Source: Candidatus Shapirobacteria bacterium (lineage in GTDB: Bacteria; Patescibacteriota; Microgenomatia; UBA12405). From it: a stretch of 64,000 nucleotides of DNA. Shown piece by piece: positions 57,535 through 64,000 of the stretch. The notes beneath the pieces are model-generated. The model did no database searches, was not told the origin of the DNA, and saw only the letters and a program-made list of their open reading frames with translations. Within the stretch, counting starts at the first letter, position 1. Every line of letters starts with the position of its first letter. A program made the translations under genes and the position numbers. The stretch is taken from contig JBAXAJ010000003.1 in assembly GCA_037142555.1 (NCBI GenBank), positions 13,589-77,588 on the forward strand, in the 5' to 3' direction.

Positions 57535-59271
57535 TTGAAATTAAATAAATTATTACCATATCTAATAATAGCCTTACTTTCAATCCCAGCTTTTTTTGCT
57601 CTATTAAAACCAGGTTACTATAATATGCATGACGACATGCAAATGATTCGTCAACTAGAATTTGAAAAATGTTTAAAAGATGGTCAAATCCCTTGTCGTT
57701 GGACTCCAGACCTAGATTTTGAATATGGTTCTCCACTTTTTAATTTCTACCCACCAATGCCATATATAGTTGGTCAAGCTATCAGGACAACAGGAGTTTC
57801 TTTTGTCAACACAATTAAAGTAACAGCAATAATTCAAATTATATTAGCCGCTACTTTCATGTATTTATTAGCCTCATCAATATTTGGGCCAACAGGAGGA
57901 ATATTATCAGCCCTTTTCTACACTTATGCTCCCTATCACGCTCTAAACATCTATATTCGCGGTGCTATGAATGAAGCTTGGGCAGCAGTCTTCTTTCCAT
58001 TAATCTTTTATTTTTCTAGAAAATTAATATTAGAAAAAAAATATAAATTTGTCTTTGGATTAGCTATTTCTTTTGCTGGATTATTTTTATCCCACAACCC
58101 AATGCTATTAACTTTTGCTCCAATATTAATCATTTGGTGTCTTTTTTGGTTATTAACTACATTTAATAAAAAAAATACTTTAATCCTAAATTTAAAAAAA
58201 CAAATCACACCTATTTTAAAACTGTTGTTTTCAGCCACACTCGCTTTTTGTCTAGCCGCTTTTTTTACCTTGCCTGTACTTATTGAAACTAATTTAATTA
58301 ATGTAAATGAACTATTCACCAACTATTTTTCATTTTCTGGTCATTTTGCTAGTTTATATCAACTATTCATTAGTAATTTCTGGGGAGATGGAGCTTCAAC
58401 TTGGGGAATGAATGATGGAATTTCTTTTATGATCGGTTATATGCACTGGATCATCCCGTCATTAATACTTTTATTTTCCATTTTCCTTCTTATTAGAAAA
58501 AAATCCCTTGATAAAAAAATAATAATTTCGTTATTCGTCCTAATTATGGGTTTATTTGCCACTTTTATGATTCATAATAAATCAACTTTCATATGGCAAA
58601 TATTTAGTCCTATTCAAAAAATTCAATTTCCTTGGCGTTTCCTTAACCATGCAACTTTTTTATTTTCTCTATCTATTGGTGTCCTGCCATTTATTTTTAA
58701 AAAATATTTTAACAAAAAAATAATTACAATAATTACTGCATCAATAATAGTTGTTCTAATTTTAATTAATGTTAACTATTTCAAAGCAACTAAACCATTT
58801 CAATTAACTGATAAAGACAAATTTTCAGGCATAAATTGGGAACAACAAATAAGCGCTGGAATAAGTGATTATCTTCCAAAAACTGCTTCAGCAACTGCTA
58901 AAACAACTGCCAAAGCATACATTGATAATGTAGACCCTAAAAAAGCCTTAGTCGAACTTTCAGGCCAAAAGAAGGGGACTGATTGGATCTTTTTTAATGT
59001 ATCTGTAAGCCAAGATTCAAAAGTCATTATCTCTCAACTAGCTTTTCCAAATTTTGAAATCACCGATAACGGTCAAAAAATAGATTATCAAATAGAACCA
59101 GAACTAGGTCGAATGGTGATCAATTTAAAAACCGGAGATCATCAAATTTATGTTAAATTAAAAGATACTCCAATCAGGACTATTTCTAATTATATTTCCT
59201 TAGTTGCTTGGATTTTTGTATTAGGTTATTTTTCTCTACCTTTATGGAACAAATTGACATTGAAGAAATAA
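57535..59271 (+). CDS. YfhO/PTPS-related GT-C membrane protein
   Basis: HDD, RW.PD...YG.PLFNFYPP, RGA..E, QFPWRF. Confidence 0.78.
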   Translation: MKLNKLLPYLIIALLSIPAFFALLKPGYYNMHDDMQMIRQLEFEKCLKDGQIPCRWTPDLDFEYGSPLFNFYPPMPYIVGQAIRTTGVSFVNTIKVTAIIQIILAATFMYLLASSIFGPTGGILSALFYTYAPYHALNIYIRGAMNEAWAAVFFPLIFYFSRKLILEKKYKFVFGLAISFAGLFLSHNPMLLTFAPILIIWCLFWLLTTFNKKNTLILNLKKQITPILKLLFSATLAFCLAAFFTLPVLIETNLINVNELFTNYFSFSGHFASLYQLFISNFWGDGASTWGMNDGISFMIGYMHWIIPSLILLFSIFLLIRKKSLDKKIIISLFVLIMGLFATFMIHNKSTFIWQIFSPIQKIQFPWRFLNHATFLFSLSIGVLPFIFKKYFNKKIITIITASIIVVLILINVNYFKATKPFQLTDKDKFSGINWEQQISAGISDYLPKTASATAKTTAKAYIDNVDPKKALVELSGQKKGTDWIFFNVSVSQDSKVIISQLAFPNFEITDNGQKIDYQIEPELGRMVINLKTGDHQIYVKLKDTPIRTISNYISLVAWIFVLGYFSLPLWNKLTLKK

Positions 59272-60698
59272 AAAGAAAAACAACAAACAGTGTTATGTTT
59301 CTTTCCTTAAGAAATTTTGGGATTCAACTAATTTCTGTCATTGGGTTTTTCCTCTTAACTATTCTATTGGGCACTGGGGAAGTTGGTCTCTTTGCTGTTG
59401 TGGCTGAATCAGTTGGAATTCTTGGTTATTTTTCAGATGTTGGTCTAGCCGCCGCTCTAATCCAAAAAAAAGAACAACCAACCAAATCAGAGTTAAGAAC
59501 TACTTTTGTGATTCAACAACTTTTAGTTATTACTTGTCTGATAGTAATCAGTATTGTTTTCAATAAAATTAGCATAGCTAAAGGCTATGGCTCAAAAGAA
59601 TTATGGATATTCGTTTCTCTATGTTTCTCTTTCTTTGCCGCTTCACTTAAAACTCTACCATCGGTTCTTCTAGAGAGAAAATTAAATTTTAAGTTGATTT
59701 CTACTGTCGATATAATTGAAAACGTCAGTTTCTATCTAATTGCCGTAATCTTCGCTTTCCTAGGCTATGGTGTCTTTTCTTACGCCATTGCTACTTTTGT
59801 CAGAAGTCTTCTTGGGCTAGTAATCATCTATAAAATCAGCCCTTGGCCTATTGGTTTTTCTTTCGACAGAAGTTCAGCCAAAGCCCTTTTCAAATACGGA
59901 ATTCCCTTTCAACTAAATTCTTTCATAGCTGTTGCTAAAGACAGATTATCAAATCTTCTAGTTGCTGGCATAATTGGTCGCGATAGTTTTGGAATTCTGT
60001 CTTGGGCTCAAAAAGGGCCACGAATTCCTTTAAGTTTCATGGATGCCATCATGAGAGTCACTTTCCCAACTTTTTCTAGACTTCAAGAACAAAAAGAAAT
60101 TCTTAAAAAATCTCTAGAAAAAAGTATCTATTTCATTGCTCTCTTTGTTTTTCCAGTCGCCACTGGGATTGCCCTAGTCGCTCCAGACATTATTAATATA
60201 ATCCCAAAATATTCAAAATGGCTCCCAGCGATTTTACCTCTATATTTCTTCACTGCTAATGCAGCAATCGCCTCAATCACTTCACCAATAATTAATGCTT
60301 TTAATGCCATTGGGAAAGTTGGTTTAAGCACTAAATTCATGATTATGTGGACAATATTAACTTGGGCTCTCTTCCCAATTATGAGCATTAAATTTGGATT
60401 CGTTGGAACTTCTGTAGCCACTCTGATAGTTGGATTATCTTCAGTTTTTGTCTGGATCGCCGCTCACAAAATTTTTAAAGTAAACATTTTAAAAACAATT
60501 TTAAATCCACTTTTTGCAACCCTATTAATGATAATCACTGTTCTTATTTTTGAAATGTTTAATTTTAACCAATGGATAATGTTAGCTGGAAAAATCTTAA
60601 TTGCTATTTCAACATATGGACTTTATCACTTTTTCTTTTCTAAAGATGAAATTACTTGGTTTGCAAAACAACTCCCATGGCTAAAAAACAAAAAATAG
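59244..60698 (+). CDS. oligosaccharide flippase (Wzx/WzxC-like)
   Basis: D.GL.AALIQK, L.R.L.FK, VTFP.FSR.Q; 12-14 TM. Confidence 0.88.
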   Translation: MEQIDIEEIKRKTTNSVMFLSLRNFGIQLISVIGFFLLTILLGTGEVGLFAVVAESVGILGYFSDVGLAAALIQKKEQPTKSELRTTFVIQQLLVITCLIVISIVFNKISIAKGYGSKELWIFVSLCFSFFAASLKTLPSVLLERKLNFKLISTVDIIENVSFYLIAVIFAFLGYGVFSYAIATFVRSLLGLVIIYKISPWPIGFSFDRSSAKALFKYGIPFQLNSFIAVAKDRLSNLLVAGIIGRDSFGILSWAQKGPRIPLSFMDAIMRVTFPTFSRLQEQKEILKKSLEKSIYFIALFVFPVATGIALVAPDIINIIPKYSKWLPAILPLYFFTANAAIASITSPIINAFNAIGKVGLSTKFMIMWTILTWALFPIMSIKFGFVGTSVATLIVGLSSVFVWIAAHKIFKVNILKTILNPLFATLLMIITVLIFEMFNFNQWIMLAGKILIAISTYGLYHFFFSKDEITWFAKQLPWLKNKK

Positions 60699-62347
60699 TT
60701 TCAATTATATTGATATTATTTTTCACTATATTTCAAATTATTCCAGTAATTAGAAATGGCATTAAATATAATTATGGTATTGGTTTTTGGGGAAGTAATG
60801 GTCATGATGCTATCTGGCACTTAAGTCTTATTAATAATATTCATAATCCGTTTGAAATTAACATGCCTATTTTTTCAGGAGAAAATTTAAAAAATTACCA
60901 TCCTTTTTTCGATATATTGATTTCTTTTTTAACTAATATAACTTATATCTCATCTAGCATCTGGTTATTTCAAATAATCCCAATAATCACAGCTTTTTTA
61001 ACTATTTATATTAGTTTTCTTCTAGGTAAAAAAATAACCAACAAATTTTCCGGTGGAATTTATTTAGCTTTTCTAACTACTTTTGCTAATTCTTTTGGTT
61101 GGATAGTTTCCTTGTTTAAAAATGGCAATTTTAGTGGTGAATCTATGTTTTGGTCAATGCAATCAATTTCAAATCAATTAAATCCACCATATGCACTCTC
61201 TATTTTATTTATTTCTATAATTCTTTTAATTATTTTCAAAAATAAAAAACTTTCAAAAAGTAAATCCTTAATATTAATAGTTTTGCTCTCAATATTACCT
61301 GTCACTAAAGCTTATGGGGCAGTCGCTATCTTTATATTTTTTGGATTATTTTCACTATATTCATTTTTCAAAAAAAATTACACACCTACTATAATTTTGA
61401 TTACCTCTTTAATAATAGGATTTTCATTATTTTCTATTTTTAACACTAGTTCTGATAAATTATTTATATATAAACCATTATGGTTCACTAACACTCTTTT
61501 TGAAGCCCCTGACAGACTGTATTCATCACAAATAACTAATCTTCGCTATACACTTGAAAGTACTGGTCAAATAAGCCCTAAATTGTTATTGATATATTCT
61601 TTTGGAATAATTGTTTTTCTAATTGGAAATTATAGTTGGAGATTATTTGGTTTATTCACATTAAAAGATAAAAACCCTATTTTAAAACAATTATTTTTAA
61701 CAATTATATTAATTACATTAATACCCCTACTCTTTGTCCAAAAAGGCACTTCTTGGAACACTATCCAATTTTTATACTATGGATTATTTCTTTCAAACAT
61801 ATTTTCAGCTTTATTTTTAACAAAAATAGAATCTAAAACATTAGGAAAAATTTTAATAACTATTATTCTTTTAACTTCTTTTATTTCTAGTTTTAGTACT
61901 ATAAAAACATTCTTAAAAAATCCAAGTCATGCTTACATTAGTAACCAAGAACTAGAAGGATTAAAGAAACTATCAACTTTAACAACAGGTAATATTTTGA
62001 CTTTTCCATACGATAAATATAAAAAGAACTCAATTAAATCTGACCCAGTCCCTTTATACATGTATGAAACCACAGCTTATGTTTCTGCTTTTAGTGAAAA
62101 ACCTGTTTATCTAGAAGATGAAATGAATCTAATAATAACTGGATATGATTGGCAATCTAGAAGAAAAGAGGCAGAAAAATTCTTTAATACTGAAGATAAA
62201 TTTTTTGCTCGAGGATTTCTTTTAAATAACAAAATTGACTATATTTATTTAGTTGATGATCAAAGTTTTAAAGTGTCAATTAATGATCTTGGAATTGATA
62301 AAATCTTTGAAAATAGTCAAACTAGAATTTATAAAGTCAGAAGATGA
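60677..62347 (+). CDS. polytopic membrane protein, probable GT-C glycosyltransferase
   Basis: HD..WH, P.FSG..L.NYH motifs; C-terminal IDYIY domain. Confidence 0.65.
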   Translation: MAKKQKIVSIILILFFTIFQIIPVIRNGIKYNYGIGFWGSNGHDAIWHLSLINNIHNPFEINMPIFSGENLKNYHPFFDILISFLTNITYISSSIWLFQIIPIITAFLTIYISFLLGKKITNKFSGGIYLAFLTTFANSFGWIVSLFKNGNFSGESMFWSMQSISNQLNPPYALSILFISIILLIIFKNKKLSKSKSLILIVLLSILPVTKAYGAVAIFIFFGLFSLYSFFKKNYTPTIILITSLIIGFSLFSIFNTSSDKLFIYKPLWFTNTLFEAPDRLYSSQITNLRYTLESTGQISPKLLLIYSFGIIVFLIGNYSWRLFGLFTLKDKNPILKQLFLTIILITLIPLLFVQKGTSWNTIQFLYYGLFLSNIFSALFLTKIESKTLGKILITIILLTSFISSFSTIKTFLKNPSHAYISNQELEGLKKLSTLTTGNILTFPYDKYKKNSIKSDPVPLYMYETTAYVSAFSEKPVYLEDEMNLIITGYDWQSRRKEAEKFFNTEDKFFARGFLLNNKIDYIYLVDDQSFKVSINDLGIDKIFENSQTRIYKVRR

Positions 62348-62366
62348 TAGAATATTACATCTAATT

Positions 62367-63302
62367 ATGAAACATAAACCTCTAATTTCAGTTGTTATTA
62401 ATGTCCGTAATGAAGCTGAAGAGCTAAACAAGTGTTTAAAATCACTCAAAAATTTTGCCGATGAGATTATAGTAGTTGACATGCATTCCACTGATGGCAG
62501 TGACAAAGTAGCTAAAGATGCTGGTGCTAAGGTCTTTAAGTACAAAGCAATGAAATTTGTCGAACCAGCCAGAAATTTTGCCCTTTCAAAAGCCACTGGA
62601 AAATGGATACTTCTACTAGACCCAGATGAATATCTAACTAAATCTCTTAAAAAAGAATTACTCTCCACCACCAAAAGAAATGACACTGATTACGTCAAAA
62701 TTCCTAGAAAAAACATAATTTTTGGTAAATGGATTAAACATTCAAACTGCTGGCCAGATTATTTGATTAGATTTTTTAAAAAAGGGGCTGTAACTTGGAA
62801 AAAAGAAATTCATAGTCAACCAGAAACTAAAGGTAACGGTCTCACTTTCCTTGATTCAGAAAAAATAGCCATCCATCATAATAACTACACCACAGTCTCT
62901 CAATTCATCACTCGTGCAATCAGATATAGCAGTATCCAAGCAGATGAACTTAAAGCTCAAGATTATAAAATCAAAACTAGTGATTTTATTCTTAAACCTG
63001 TCCAAGAATTTAACAGCCGTTTCTTTTTTGCAGAAGGCTACAAAGATGGAATGCATGGTCTAGTTTTTTGTCTTCTTCAAGCTTTTGCAATTGGTCTAAT
63101 TTATATCAGACTTTGGGAAAAGCAAGGAACTCAAGAAAAAACTATCTTAAAAGAATCTTTTGTCTCCGCCAGTCAAGAAACTACTTTTGAATATGACTAT
63201 TGGTTTATAAAATATTTTCAAAAAGAATATTCTCCAAATATATTTAAAATAATTATTATAAAATTAAGACATCTTCTAAATTATTTCACTAAAAATTTTT
63301 AA
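62367..63302 (+). CDS. GT2 glycosyltransferase (WaaE/KdtX-like)
   Basis: NE...L..CL, D.HSTD, ARNF, LDPDE, WPDY..R. Confidence 0.88.
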   Translation: MKHKPLISVVINVRNEAEELNKCLKSLKNFADEIIVVDMHSTDGSDKVAKDAGAKVFKYKAMKFVEPARNFALSKATGKWILLLDPDEYLTKSLKKELLSTTKRNDTDYVKIPRKNIIFGKWIKHSNCWPDYLIRFFKKGAVTWKKEIHSQPETKGNGLTFLDSEKIAIHHNNYTTVSQFITRAIRYSSIQADELKAQDYKIKTSDFILKPVQEFNSRFFFAEGYKDGMHGLVFCLLQAFAIGLIYIRLWEKQGTQEKTILKESFVSASQETTFEYDYWFIKYFQKEYSPNIFKIIIIKLRHLLNYFTKNF

Positions 63303-64000
63303 TGAAAAAAATTGCCATTGTTGTTCTAAATTGGAAACAAGCAAAATTAACAATAGATACTGTCGACTCTTTATTAAAAATTAGTCACAAAAAATTTCAA
63401 TATCAAATCCTAATCATTGATAACGCCTCACCAGATGATTCTGTAGACCAATTTGAAAAAAAATATTCTAACAATAAAAATGTTTCAATTTTTAAAACAA
63501 ACAGTAATCTAGGCTATGCTGGTGGAAACAATTTCGGCATCAAAAAAGCTTTAAATAAATTTAATTATATTTTAATTGCTAATAATGACATCCTAGTTGA
63601 TCCAAAATTTTTGGATAAATTATTTGAAGAAAGTCAAAAAAATTCAAATGCAATTTTAACTCCTAAAATATATTTTGCCCCAGGTTTTGAATATTGGAAA
63701 GATAAATACACTGCCAAAGAAAGAGGTAAAGTAATTTGGGCTATTGGTGGGAAAATAGATTGGAATAATGTTTATGGCAGTAATATCGGTATTGATGAGG
63801 TTGACCATGGTCAATACGATAAGAATCATCCACCAATGGACTTCATCAGTGGTTGTTGTTTTTTAATACCTACAAAAATTCTTAAAAAAATTGGTCTTTT
63901 CGATGAAAAATATTTTCTCTACATGGAAGATGCTGATCTTACTATTAGAGCCAAAAGTGCTGGTTACGAACTAAAATTTGTTCCAGAATCAATCATTTGG
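63302..64000 (+). CDS. GT2 glycosyltransferase (3'-truncated by window edge)
   Basis: MKKIAIVVLNW, IDNAS.D, NLGYAGGNN, NND, SGCC, Y.EDAD; not in ORF track because it lacks a stop. Confidence 0.88.
   Translation, partial: MKKIAIVVLNWKQAKLTIDTVDSLLKISHKKFQYQILIIDNASPDDSVDQFEKKYSNNKNVSIFKTNSNLGYAGGNNFGIKKALNKFNYILIANNDILVDPKFLDKLFEESQKNSNAILTPKIYFAPGFEYWKDKYTAKERGKVIWAIGGKIDWNNVYGSNIGIDEVDHGQYDKNHPPMDFISGCCFLIPTKILKKIGLFDEKYFLYMEDADLTIRAKSAGYELKFVPESIIW

Noticed and set aside
594-63056. Short ORFs antisense to or nested in known genes (e.g. 4588, 15353, 32861, 34094, 35325, 37013, 42678, 58008, 62276)
   Set aside because: Shadow ORFs of well-supported genes, with no motifs or start signals.
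1-64000. CRISPR array, IS transposase, prophage, rRNA, retron or DGR
   Set aside because: No periodic repeat-spacer array and no recognisable transposase, integrase, reverse transcriptase, capsid or rRNA sequence.
1-64000. Alternative genetic code (TGA=Gly) as in Gracilibacteria
   Set aside because: Conserved genes are full length under code 11 and several end in TGA (e.g. ung, ftsE, uvrA).

Overview
AT-rich, gene-dense bacterial window read in the standard code (TGA is used as stop). The gene content and style suggest a Patescibacteria/CPR genome, probably Microgenomates-like; this is inference. Most genes are housekeeping: dus, trxA, rlmN, obgE, era, lon, argS, PMM, ung, maf, dprA-yraN-comM, uvrBAC, archaeal-type tyrS, sortase, greA-lysS, serS, secA, typA, prfB and ftsEX with a hydrolase. 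The window ends in a GT2/GT-C/flippase surface-glycosylation cluster. There is one tRNA-Glu(CTC). No rRNA, CRISPR array or transposase was seen. The most striking locus is an 87-aa GIY-YIG nuclease gene flanked by a 24-bp duplication of the tRNA-Glu 5' end. Its stop codon lies inside the intact tRNA, and the upstream tRNA copy is split by a 52-bp double hairpin. Short GC-rich hairpins also sit in-frame inside dus, argS and a tRNA-binding protein gene, suggesting a tRNA-targeting nuclease plus REP-like palindrome system. Other points: pervasive leaderless gene starts, a CIRCE-like box on lon, a terminator in the greA leader, a 56-bp direct repeat around an EamA gene, a YraN with an internal deletion, a sortase with a VPKTG substrate, and an FtsEX-linked C39-like hydrolase. 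Coordinates were read by eye and may be off by a base or two.
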